Below the pieces are notes generated by a model that was not told where the DNA came from, did not search any database, and was given only the letters and a program-made list of their open reading frames with translations. From the NCBI GenBank assembly GCA_049512075.1, contig JBEKXL010000010.1, positions 1 to 64,000 of the forward strand: 64,000 bases of DNA, in the 5' to 3' direction. Origin of the DNA: Candidatus Bathyarchaeia archaeon (lineage in GTDB: Archaea; Thermoproteota; Bathyarchaeia; Bathyarchaeales; Bathycorpusculaceae). How positions within the stretch are numbered: the first letter of the stretch is position 1; each line of letters starts with the position of its first letter. The position numbers were made by a program, and so were the translations under genes. Below, piece by piece: positions 28,543 through 37,557 of this stretch.

Positions 28543-31500
28543 TCAATGTTTTCGTCTTCGCACAGCAACAACCGCAAGGCACACGACCCCAACCAACACG
28601 GCAACGGATATGAGGACCAGTTCAAGGTGAGCCGTTATCCATCCTTGCACATCGAAACCCCCTAGACCCGATGTCGCGCCCACTTGAATGTTCACGTGAC
28701 TAACAACAGTTTGGATACCGCTCTGAAAAGTGAATTGACTGGAAACCTGAACAGAATAGTTTCCGTCCGCAACGCTGGAAGGCACAGTCACCCCGACCTG
28801 TATCGTGTTGCCAGATCCCAATGTCAACGGCAAAACAGGCCCTGTCAGCCAGTCAGCACCTGCCCCCTGAAAAGTAATCTGGGTCAAAAAGACGTTGGTC
28901 GGGGAAGCCCATGAAACAGGAATCAACGCTGTCGCTGAACCGCCTGGGGCCACGCTCACGGAACAGTCACTAACTTGGATATTCAAGCCTCCAGAACTAG
29001 GACCGCTTGGTCCTGAAGGACCAGAGGGCGCAGAAATCGAGACAGAAAACATCACAGTCGCTTGCCCAACGGTTCCAACCGTGTTATTGGCAAAATCGTA
29101 GAAAGTGTAGGAACTGCCATCTACAAAACCAGCCAAATACATGATGCCAGCAGTGTAAGACTCGTTCGAAGCATATATCCAAGCGGTTCCGTTTTTGCAG
29201 TTAAACCATTCCTGATCAATCGTTCCGCCCGAAGCTGAAAACTGGACTGGAATAGTGTCTGAAGTGTACGTGGTGTTCGTTGGGTTCGTTATGGTAACGG
29301 TAACGCTTGTTAGGGAAAACACTGGCTGCGCTGTGGTGTTTCCCGTTATCGTGAACGTGAGAGGATTGCTAGAGCCTCCCGAAGAACCGTTCACCAGCCA
29401 ATTACTCCAATCATATCCGCTACTATTAGTCTCATAGATGGCTACGGTTGCCCCAGACGTGTAGTTTGTGTACGTTCCAGCAACAGGATTAGTTGCTCCA
29501 CCTGTGCCACTGCTGATGGTGAGGGTAGGGTCTAGTGTCAACGTGTAATTTGCGGAGGCGAACACTCCTGCTGTCGTGTTATAGACTTTGACGTTCCAGA
29601 CATACATACCATAAGCCGGGAAGGTATATGAAAAACTGTTCGCCGTATTGTTAGCTACGGCGGTCTGGTTGTTCTGCACGTTCTGCCAAGTTCCTGAGGC
29701 GTTTACCCATAGACTCGCGTTCTGAATAGTGTCTCCAACACAGATGGGAGTATAGGTTAACGTGGCAGACAGCGACGTTTGCGACGTGCTGTTTGATGGG
29801 CTGTTCAGAGTGACAATCAGCGAAGCATACAGCAGGGTAAGCGTGTAGTTCGAAGAGGCAAACGTGGACATGGAAGAATTGTAAACCTGAACGTTCCAAA
29901 GGTATGTGCCGTTAGAATTGAACGTATAGCCTATTGTATTTTGGGTGTTATTCGCTACTGCCGTAGTGTTGCCTTGAGTGGCAGCCCATGATCCAGTAAC
30001 ATTCGTCCAGAGAGTAGTGTTTTGGATAGTGTCCCCAACGCAGACTGGAGTATACACAAAACTTATTGCCCGGGAATATTGGGAGTAGCCGTTTGAAGGA
30101 GAGTTTAAGGTAACTGTGACATATTCGGCTGTAGTCGTCAGCGTTTTGATACCGGTGTTGTTAAGGTTGTTGCTGGAATCAGCAAACCAGTATTCCCACT
30201 GAACAACAACCCCGACTGTAGAGTTCAACGTTTTCGTGGTGTTTGCAAGGTAAGAGGATCCGCTGATATTCACAGCAGAATCGTTCACCCATGGGCCTGT
30301 GCTGTTTGTTCCAAACGTGTAATTTGTCAGGGCCACATTGTCTGCAAGCGTCACGCTAAAGTTGCAGGGATACCCAGCCACAGTCGAGTTAGTGTTCGGG
30401 TTGCTGTAGGTTGGGGCAGTAGTGTCTCCAGCGACCGCTGCCGCTTTGAAAGTTGCGATGCAACCAGAATAATATGCGCTAGAAAGCGGTGTAGTTCCAG
30501 AGTTTGCCGTTCCAGTCGAATTTACAATTTTTTCCAGATAAGCAGAACCAACATTAGTGTAGTCGCTTCCGTCAAACTGACCGAAAGCGTTTGTCGGAGC
30601 AGTTTGGTCTTTTCCGTTTGTCGTAATAACTCCAATCCACAGTTCGCTCGCTTGTGTTGTGGTTGCCGTTGTACCTGTGTCAGTGGTAGTGCTACTTCCC
30701 CCGTTTGTCGCTGTCTTGTCAAGAAAGGTAGTTGTGTTCAGTCCAGAATATTCGCAAACGTCTGCAATAGCTCCATAGTTAGGTGCTGCACTCATCGTAA
30801 CGTTAAGGGAACTACTGGCTCCTGCACCTACTACGCCATACCAAATTTCAGCGTCCCATTCGCTGTTGTAGGCGTTGTTTGCCTGTTTCGTCCATGTTAC
30901 TCCAGTTTCGCTTATGCTACTCACTGTGGAAGGGCCACTAGGAAACATTGAAGAAGAAATGGTCGCTATAAGCACGTTTCCCGATGTTGGAGCCGCCCCC
31001 ATAGTGACGGTGACGTTGATTGTGATTGAAGTGCCTCTTGCTGGACCTTGAACCCTAACTATTCCCGTAGGAGCCCCATCAAGTTTGAACGTGGCTATGC
31101 AACCCAGCAAACCCGAAGCAGAATCCCCTGTAATTCCAGAGTTCGCCGCACCAGTGGAAGTCACAAATTTCTCCAAGTACGCCACGTTGACCTGTTGGTA
31201 TCCAGCTCCATCAAACATTATGAAACCGTTGGTAGGATTCCAAGCATGGTAAGGAGGCGAAACTCCACCCTCATCGAATGTTGCTCCTATCCATAGCTCG
31301 TTTGCTTGTGTCGTTGTGGCTGTCGTGCCAGTGTCTATGAATGGCCCTGCAGAACTGTTCGTAGCGGTTTTATCTACTGGGCTGCTGCTGATTCCTGAAT
31401 ATTCACAAACGTCAGCTACGCCACCGTTTGCAGCGTTTCCGCTTAGGGTAACGTTTAGGGAAGCTGACGCTCCAGCACTTACCGCTCCTAACCATATTGC

Positions 31501-31821
31501 CAGGTCTTGCCATCCGCTAGTGGTGTCAACAGCTTGACTCCATGTTACACCCGTTTGAGATATGCTACTTATTGAAACAGCACCACCGTTACCGCGTGTT
31601 CCTATCGCGGCTATAAGCGAGTTACCTGAAGTTGGCGCTGCAACCATCGTTACAGTAATGTTAATGCCAGTGGTTGTTCCTCTTGCATTGCCCTGAACCC
31701 TCAGTATTGAACCAGTAGCATAAACAGGCTTGATTTGTCCAGCCAAAAACCCGAACATTCCAACCAAAAGCATAACGCAAACAGCGAGACCGACAAGTTT
31801 TCTACGGTTCATAATCTTCAC
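28543..31821 (-). CDS. large secreted, membrane-anchored surface glycoprotein/adhesin
   Basis: Signal peptide, duplicated ~210-aa domain (RVQGxARG...CIATFK), Ig-like repeats, many N-x-S/T sequons, C-terminal TM plus RRRKH. Confidence 0.88.
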   Translation of the reverse strand: MKIMNRRKLVGLAVCVMLLVGMFGFLAGQIKPVYATGSILRVQGNARGTTTGINITVTMVAAPTSGNSLIAAIGTRGNGGAVSISSISQTGVTWSQAVDTTSGWQDLAIWLGAVSAGASASLNVTLSGNAANGGVADVCEYSGISSSPVDKTATNSSAGPFIDTGTTATTTQANELWIGATFDEGGVSPPYHAWNPTNGFIMFDGAGYQQVNVAYLEKFVTSTGAANSGITGDSASGLLGCIATFKLDGAPTGIVRVQGPARGTSITINVTVTMGAAPTSGNVLIATISSSMFPSGPSTVSSISETGVTWTKQANNAYNSEWDAEIWYGVVGAGASSSLNVTMSAAPNYGAIADVCEYSGLNTTTFLDKTATNGGSSTTTDTGTTATTTQASELWIGVITTNGKDQTAPTNAFGQFDGSDYTNVGSAYLEKIVNSTGTANSGTTPLSSAYYSGCIATFKAAAVAGDTTAPTYSNPNTNSTVAGYPCNFSVTLADNVALTNYTFGTNSTGPWVNDSAVNISGSSYLANTTKTLNSTVGVVVQWEYWFADSSNNLNNTGIKTLTTTAEYVTVTLNSPSNGYSQYSRAISFVYTPVCVGDTIQNTTLWTNVTGSWAATQGNTTAVANNTQNTIGYTFNSNGTYLWNVQVYNSSMSTFASSNYTLTLLYASLIVTLNSPSNSTSQTSLSATLTYTPICVGDTIQNASLWVNASGTWQNVQNNQTAVANNTANSFSYTFPAYGMYVWNVKVYNTTAGVFASANYTLTLDPTLTISSGTGGATNPVAGTYTNYTSGATVAIYETNSSGYDWSNWLVNGSSGGSSNPLTFTITGNTTAQPVFSLTSVTVTITNPTNTTYTSDTIPVQFSASGGTIDQEWFNCKNGTAWIYASNESYTAGIMYLAGFVDGSSYTFYDFANNTVGTVGQATVMFSVSISAPSGPSGPSGPSSGGLNIQVSDCSVSVAPGGSATALIPVSWASPTNVFLTQITFQGAGADWLTGPVLPLTLGSGNTIQVGVTVPSSVADGNYSVQVSSQFTFQSGIQTVVSHVNIQVGATSGLGGFDVQGWITAHLELVLISVAVLVGVVCLAVVAVRRRKH

Positions 31822-31851
31822 AATAGAAAAAAGAATGGGAGAATGAACCTT

Positions 31852-32133
31852 CTACGCTCTGAAGGTGTACGTCACTTGATAGGAATTCTGTTCTGCATCC
31901 TGCTGTTTCTTCCGCTTGTTCGGGTCTGGACCTTTCAGCCAGGCCTCGTGCATCTGCCTAACAGAAACCTCACGACGCTCACCGTCAACCATGCTTATGC
32001 CTTCGTTTGATTCTTCTGTTTCTTTCCGCTTGTCCGGGTACGGGCCTTTCAGAAATGCTTCGCGGATCTGTTTCACAGAAACCTCGTCGTTATGGTTTTC
32101 CGATTGAGTCTCCATTTCTGTCACCAATTTCAC
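31852..32133 (-). CDS. small protein with internal repeat
   Basis: EVSVKQIREAFLKGPYPDKRK / EVSVRQMHEAWLKGPDPNKRK. Confidence 0.6.
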   Translation of the reverse strand: MKLVTEMETQSENHNDEVSVKQIREAFLKGPYPDKRKETEESNEGISMVDGERREVSVRQMHEAWLKGPDPNKRKKQQDAEQNSYQVTYTFRA

Positions 32134-32198
32134 GGATCAAACCTTTCGTCCTTAAGTATCCCACGGAAAAAAAGGGGAAATTAGAGTTTACTTTCGAC

Positions 32199-32579
32199 CT
32201 ACGGATGAAACCTTTCGTCCCCGAGTATCGCATAGAAAACCGACTTCAGGCCAAACCAGTCCATGATTTCTATGCCGGTGGTAGCTTCCACCTCAGCCCT
32301 GATGTTGTCAACCACTAAGTATTCAAGGTACTTGATTGCATTGGGATCGTGGGCTTCAGGTGTTTTTCTCAGGAAGTCCATGATTTTCCTTGGCATTCGC
32401 AACGTGACAGTTTCATATTCGACGTCTAGCTGTTTGTCTTCAGTGGGTTCTTGTTTTTCTAGGAACTGTTCAACCGCCCTTTTGATAACGTCTTCAGGCT
32501 TTTCCTTGGTTTCCTGACAGTATCTAGTGAGAAGTTTTTCTGTTAGTGGAGTCAGTTTTATTCCTGCAAAAGTTTCCAT
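32199..32579 (-). CDS. RHH-like DNA-binding protein
   Basis: Two beta-alpha-alpha-like units (IKLTP...EDVIKRAVEQFL; ETVTLRMPRKIMDFL). Confidence 0.6.
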   Translation of the reverse strand: METFAGIKLTPLTEKLLTRYCQETKEKPEDVIKRAVEQFLEKQEPTEDKQLDVEYETVTLRMPRKIMDFLRKTPEAHDPNAIKYLEYLVVDNIRAEVEATTGIEIMDWFGLKSVFYAILGDERFHP

Positions 32580-32582
32580 GCT

Positions 32583-32860
32583 TCACGCCCCCAGCTTTTT
32601 CTTGTGCTCTTTGAGAAGATCCTCAGTTATTTCTTGAACATACTCGTCAATCGTTTGGCCACGTGCCTCGGCAGCCTTTTCCATCAAGTCATAAGTCTCG
32701 TTTGGCAAAAAGACTTTCCGAACCTTGCTTCTTTGGATCCTTCCATATTCCCGGCTGATCGCATATTCGATAGTGCTAACGTCGTTTTTGACGCCTAAGT
32801 GTTCTTTGACTGCTTGAAACCGTTTCGTGTTTTCATCGTCTAATGTTATGTTCAATTTCA
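32583..32860 (-). CDS. double RHH-like DNA-binding protein
   Basis: MKLNITLDDE...; KVFLPNETYDLMEKAAEARGQTIDEYV; AAGGAG RBS. Confidence 0.65.
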
Positions 32861-32893
32861 TTCGTTTCTTTCTCCTTTTGTGTACGGTAGTTG

Positions 32894-32946
32894 TATAATG
32901 TTGCACGATAGGTATTTAACATTTGCGAAAGTATTATAATGTTGCA
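32894..32946. promoter_or_regulatory. putative operator direct repeat
   Basis: TATAATGTTGCA at 32894 and 32935, between divergent RHH genes, flanking TATTTAA. Confidence 0.55.
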
Positions 32947-32976
32947 TAAACGATAAATGAGTGCAAGTGATTGTGT

Positions 32977-33141
32977 ATGTCTGGAACAGAAATGAAGCGA
33001 GTGAGAGTTTTCGCAACCATTCGGGAAGACGTTGAACAGTGGACCCAGAAGGAAGTTGAGAAAGGTAGATTCAGAAATCGGTCACACGCCATTGAGTACG
33101 CTTTGCTGCAACTCATGGACCCTGAAAAGAAGGAGGCTTGA
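32977..33141 (+). CDS. CopG/RHH regulator (below ORF-track cutoff)
   Basis: MSGTEMKRVRVFATIREDVEQWTQKEVEKGRFRNRSHAIEYALLQL. Confidence 0.75.
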   Translation: MSGTEMKRVRVFATIREDVEQWTQKEVEKGRFRNRSHAIEYALLQLMDPEKKEA

Positions 33142-33353
33142 GGTTTTGAAGAAACCCGAGGACATGAGTTTGCTTGAGGTAATCCGTGAATTACACGCTC
33201 AGTTTTTGCGTGAACAGGCCCCGATGGAAAAACGAAAGGAAGCATAGGCGCACGTGGAATAGACGCGGCCTAATTTTCACCCTACTCTCCAGTATCCCGG
33301 AAGGTCTTCTCTCCTCACGTTTCTTAAGTCTCTAACAGTCTATCGTTCTCTTC

Positions 33354-33527
33354 ATGGAAACCAAGAATTGTCCCAAATGCGGCGGTGAAATGTCAGGAGA
33401 CCGGCAACTGGGCTCGTACACAGAAATAACATTGAAGAAAGGAGAACAGTTCATAGGCGATAGAGTGCAAGCTTTCTATTGCGTCAAATGCGGTTACATC
33501 GAACTGTACCGGGAAAACAAGGAATAG
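33354..33527 (+). CDS. small zinc-ribbon protein (below ORF-track cutoff)
   Basis: CPKCGGEM...AFYCVKCGYIELY. Confidence 0.75.
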   Translation: METKNCPKCGGEMSGDRQLGSYTEITLKKGEQFIGDRVQAFYCVKCGYIELYRENKE

Positions 33528-34040
33528 CCTTGAAGGATCCCTAAGCACTTTTTCACTGAAAAACCTTAATGATTATTGCATTTGAGCAGGTCTATATCGA
33601 GGAGCCATTCTCGCAAGTTTTCTTTTTCGTCTTTTTCTAGTGCATTCAGACTTGTAGCTTTGGAACGCACTGTTTTCTTTTTCACCATTCATGCCATTCA
33701 AACCTTTTCCGCAACGATACATCTGCGACCTATAAAAACATATCTTAAGCTTTACGACAATATGCTCGAATATGCTTCAGTTAACTTCAGTTATGTTTGA
33801 CTTTTTCAACGGAATACCTAGGCTTTTTCTACACAACTCTAGGGCTCCGACAGAAGAATCACGGAAAACCCCGAGTCTGCGCGGCCTCCCCTGCTAGCCG
33901 GAAGACTTGCCCCTTGAACCGCTTTTTGGTGATTTAGTGTGCAAGACAGACTCAAAAGCGGGTTTTTCTCAAAAGAAAAAAGATTGTGCAATTTGGATGG
34001 AGTTAGACAGGGAAAAAAGAGAAGATTATGCAAGTCGTCC

Positions 34041-34673
34041 TTAGTAGTAGTATGTTATTGTTACGGTTTCAGTTGCTCCATTGACTAAGTTGCCGTTGCC
34101 TACTTCGATTTGTATGCTTGAAGAGGGCAAAATTGGAAAGCTTGCAGTGTCACCCGCACTTACGACTATTTCTTGGTTGAAACTCACTCCATGTGAAGAG
34201 TAGATTGCCTTAACGTGAGTGCCAGCAACGCTTGAACTTTGAACCCAGACGGAAACGTATCCCGCATAACTTGCCGAAAGAGTCCACAGGGTGTATGAAC
34301 TTGCTGGTTGACTTATCGTTTGATCACTCACCCAGACTGTAGAGTCGGCAAGGTTGGCAATATTATAGAAGTTTGTGTAGTCTTCGTCTGTATGATGATG
34401 GTCAGCAACATAAGAATTGTAGGTAGTAATGTTACCAGAGAGCCACGCTTGTGTTTGACTAAGCAATGTTTCGTTTCCAGCTAGCCATTCTTGAAGTTGG
34501 TCGATTTTGGCTTGGAGAGCAGCGTTTGACGAACCTGATGTTGGCGAATAACTCACATAGGCCATCACGCCTAGACTCGCCACTAGAATGATGCAGACCA
34601 TTCCTAATGTTATAGCAACACTTCTTCTGACCATTTTCCTTGGTTTAGTTTCGCTTGGTTTTGTTTCATTCAT
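34041..34673 (-). CDS. membrane-anchored coiled-coil/beta-sandwich protein
   Basis: N-terminal TM (VAITLGMVCIILVASLG), short coil, C-terminal TVTITYYY. Confidence 0.75.
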   Translation of the reverse strand: MNETKPSETKPRKMVRRSVAITLGMVCIILVASLGVMAYVSYSPTSGSSNAALQAKIDQLQEWLAGNETLLSQTQAWLSGNITTYNSYVADHHHTDEDYTNFYNIANLADSTVWVSDQTISQPASSYTLWTLSASYAGYVSVWVQSSSVAGTHVKAIYSSHGVSFNQEIVVSAGDTASFPILPSSSIQIEVGNGNLVNGATETVTITYYY

Positions 34674-34741
34674 TTTTAAACCCCTAGTTAATCTCCTATT
34701 GCTACACATATATGATTTCTGTTGAGTCGATGTTTGGAAGA

Positions 34742-34775
34742 GAAAAAAGGGGGATTGTGCGGGAGACATCTCCAT
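34742..34775 (-). repeat. dispersed site, copy C (GTCTCCC/T-tract half only)
   Basis: ATTGTGCGGGAGACATC identical at 834-850 and 34754-34770; flanks also match. Confidence 0.85.
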
Positions 34776-34870
34776 CTTTAGAATCTTTAACTCTAATCAA
34801 TAGGTCTTGTAGTGCGCTTGGATTCACAACGTATAAGTGAACGTAGCAACTCTTGATATTCACGATTTGA

Positions 34871-35110
34871 ATGAATTTTCCAACACGGTCCAACCATCAA
34901 GCGCAGGTGCTCTTTCATACGTTAGGCCTAAGCTGCCTAGGGGGAGCCATTTTCCTGCAGCTCTTGGTGTTCACGGACATACTTCAACACGGGTACTTCA
35001 TGGCCGTGGAGAACAATCCAGCTATCTTGTCCTTTGAAATACTTCTGACCTTTTTCTCTGCCATATACTTCGTATACATGTACCAACGCTTCATTCGTTC
35101 GATGAGATAA
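34871..35110 (+). CDS. small membrane protein
   Basis: Two hydrophobic segments. Confidence 0.55.
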   Translation: MNFPTRSNHQAQVLFHTLGLSCLGGAIFLQLLVFTDILQHGYFMAVENNPAILSFEILLTFFSAIYFVYMYQRFIRSMR

Positions 35111-35223
35111 ACGCAAAATCAACGCGTGTTTTCTGTCTTCTGGATCGAATTGAGAAACAGATAGAAAATGTTAAATAACTTCTGACCAGAAAAGCGTCAA
35201 TAGGCTTGCTTGGAGGGTAGAAA

Positions 35224-35964
35224 ATGAGAACATTGGTAAAACTGAGTTTGATTCTTATTGTATGCATTTTGACCTTATCAATGGTTTGTAGGGTGAGGGC
35301 GCAGGTTGTGGGAGATAATGTAAAGAATTTCTTCGACTCAGAGATGCCTGGCTTAAGTATTCAGGCTAACGCAACAGCGGAAACTCGGCCCGGGGGAACC
35401 CTGACAGTATGGCTTCTCATCATACCTCAGCCTGAAACAAAAGTCCACGTGGATTCCTTCAGACTCGATGTTTATGGTTTTCTGAATGGAACAGAGAGGG
35501 TTTCAATTGGAAACGTCAACGACAGCAACTTGCCAAATGAGGCGGAAAGCGATTACAACGAGACCTTCACTGTCCCAGACGGGGTTTCAGGTGTGACCTT
35601 TGGAGAGATCACGTTGACCTATTCGATAAGCCTTGGAGCCTTAGAGTTAACATTTCCGAACGCCGTGAGCGGCTTCTACATGACTCATATTGAAGACACG
35701 CTTCTCGAAAGCCTTCAAAGTCAGCTCAAAGATTTGAATGGCAGTTACACCCAACTGAAGGGTGATTACTCCAACCTGACGAACGCCTACCTTCAACTTA
35801 ATCAGACCTACCTGCAGCTGCAGCAGAACTACACGTCGCTGCAAGGCAGTATGGGTATGCTTGACAGCACGAGAAGCGTGGCGGTTGTTCTTGCCATAAC
35901 GACTGTCTTCTTCGTGATCTCAACGGTCTTCATGGTCATGCGTCGACCGAAAGAAAGTTGGTAG
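35224..35964 (+). CDS. secreted/membrane protein with coiled coil and C-terminal anchor
   Basis: Signal peptide, Y/L heptads, TM plus RRPK. Confidence 0.8.
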   Translation: MRTLVKLSLILIVCILTLSMVCRVRAQVVGDNVKNFFDSEMPGLSIQANATAETRPGGTLTVWLLIIPQPETKVHVDSFRLDVYGFLNGTERVSIGNVNDSNLPNEAESDYNETFTVPDGVSGVTFGEITLTYSISLGALELTFPNAVSGFYMTHIEDTLLESLQSQLKDLNGSYTQLKGDYSNLTNAYLQLNQTYLQLQQNYTSLQGSMGMLDSTRSVAVVLAITTVFFVISTVFMVMRRPKESW

Positions 35965-36046
35965 GTAATGAATTGCTTGCCAAGCGCCGCTTTATATGGA
36001 AATGTGGTCAGCGTGAGTCAACCGAACCTCGGAGCACGTGAGTTCG

Positions 36047-37378
36047 CTACTGTTTGTGTAGTTTCTGTGCCGCTATGAAAGTTAGCCCGTGTCGGGTCAG
36101 AGCTTCGGCTGTGACGTTGAGCGCGTCGTGTTTGTCGAGATAGTTGGTCACGAGTTTAGGCATCAATCCCTTCTCCGTGATGTCTTTTTCGGGCATGAAA
36201 TAGTCCAAGATGTCTGACGGGTGTTCCCTTTTTTCCTCAGTTTCGGGTTTTCCGCCTTCGTGTTTTGCACTGATGTTTCTTACGTGGTTTGCGAGTTGCA
36301 TAAGCTCATCTGTGCGGTCGTAGGGTTGTCTCACGATGTTCTTGTAGGCTTCAGTGATGTGATGCTCAATGCGGACGATGTCTTCAAAGCCAAACGCTTT
36401 TCTAACGTAAGCAGAGAGCTCAATCGTCTCGTTATTAACGGAGTTTGAAAGGTTGAACCCGATGAGCGGAGTGGAACCGTCATCCCGGCTGAAAAGTTTT
36501 GCAGTCATCAACGTCCACAGGATTGAGTAGGGATTGTCGTTTCCCAGAAACACTGAAATCTTGAATTCAATGTCAATTCCCAGTTTTCGGAGCCAATATC
36601 CCAGCAAAACCGTGCCCGAATTCGTGTTCAAGACCTGGGGAAGGCCATATTCCGTGTAATATTTGAGAAACTCGTCTACCCACTTCAACGTGTAATCATT
36701 CGGAACTCCGACTCCTCCAAAATACCCTGTGATAGTGTCCGCGCCGCCGAGATGAATGTTAACGGGTTTGCCGTCTGGCCCCTGCATTGTGCCTTTAGTG
36801 TCTAACGTTTGAACGTAAGAGGCTCCTACAACCTGCATCGCAGCTGCAAAGGCTACGACGTCGTCGTCTTCAACCTGCTCTTTTATCGAACGCACCCGTA
36901 TGTAACGGGCGGGCATCAAGTTTTTCTGTGCAATAGCTCTCTTTGCCTCTTCAATAATCCATGGGAAGAAGTTGAACGCGCTGATTTCCAGTGTGACAGC
37001 GAAAGACTCGTCGAACTTTGTCGACTCCATCTTTTTTCCCAGAATTTTCTTCCGGTATTCAGGGATGCTGGTAAAGGCCTCTTCATCCCGCCTTTTCATC
37101 AGCCATTGGAGGTCCTTGACGAAGGATGATTTCTTCCTCTCAAGCCTGCCCATGAGGTTTTCAATCCTGTGAGCCTCCTTGGCTCTGCGGTTAATCTCAT
37201 CCACGCCACCGTACTTCTCAACAACTTGCAGAACACCGTCGATGAGGGGATTATCCTTCTGTAACAAGAAACTGTTTATCTCCCTCAAGTTCTCTTCGTC
37301 AATCCTCAGTCTCTCCCTAAGATCGGCCAAAATAGTCACTTCCGCCTCTAACTTTTGGATCTCAAACGATTTAAACAT
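36047..37378 (-). CDS. conserved hypothetical protein
   Basis: 443-aa ORF with enzyme-like motifs (LDTKG, HLGG, GYFGG, EHH, KHEG). Confidence 0.8.
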   Translation of the reverse strand: MFKSFEIQKLEAEVTILADLRERLRIDEENLREINSFLLQKDNPLIDGVLQVVEKYGGVDEINRRAKEAHRIENLMGRLERKKSSFVKDLQWLMKRRDEEAFTSIPEYRKKILGKKMESTKFDESFAVTLEISAFNFFPWIIEEAKRAIAQKNLMPARYIRVRSIKEQVEDDDVVAFAAAMQVVGASYVQTLDTKGTMQGPDGKPVNIHLGGADTITGYFGGVGVPNDYTLKWVDEFLKYYTEYGLPQVLNTNSGTVLLGYWLRKLGIDIEFKISVFLGNDNPYSILWTLMTAKLFSRDDGSTPLIGFNLSNSVNNETIELSAYVRKAFGFEDIVRIEHHITEAYKNIVRQPYDRTDELMQLANHVRNISAKHEGGKPETEEKREHPSDILDYFMPEKDITEKGLMPKLVTNYLDKHDALNVTAEALTRHGLTFIAAQKLHKQ

Positions 37379-37557
37379 TTCAGACCATTTGCGTACAAAC
37401 CTAAATTCCGCTTTGCTTAAGCAGAAGGAAGAACTACTTCGCCGGCTAAAGAGCTGATGGTCGTCAGCTGGAAAACATGCACAAACGTTGTGGTTTTGCC
37501 ATCATAAGACTCAAATGATATAAGAAGCCTTGTTCGAATAAGGCGTGGAGACTAACC

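Larger units (their letters stand above)
16289..34775. mobile_element. composite integrative island (probably two or more elements; boundaries approximate)
   Basis: Two integrases, ParB, Toprim, RHH/wHTH regulators and orphan ORFs; conserved site at right edge; no flanking direct repeat found. Confidence 0.75.

Noticed and set aside
32130-32239. DGR template/variable repeat pair
   Set aside because: Differences are not adenine-specific, the repeat is short, and there is no reverse transcriptase in the window.
27000-34000. Classical integron cassette array
   Set aside because: No attC-like RYYYAAC...GTTRRRY palindromes or IntI-type integrase recognised.
821-34775. Copies A and C as attL/attR of one 34-kb element
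   Set aside because: The interval contains core genes such as rpoH, the repeats are imperfect, and further copies occur elsewhere.
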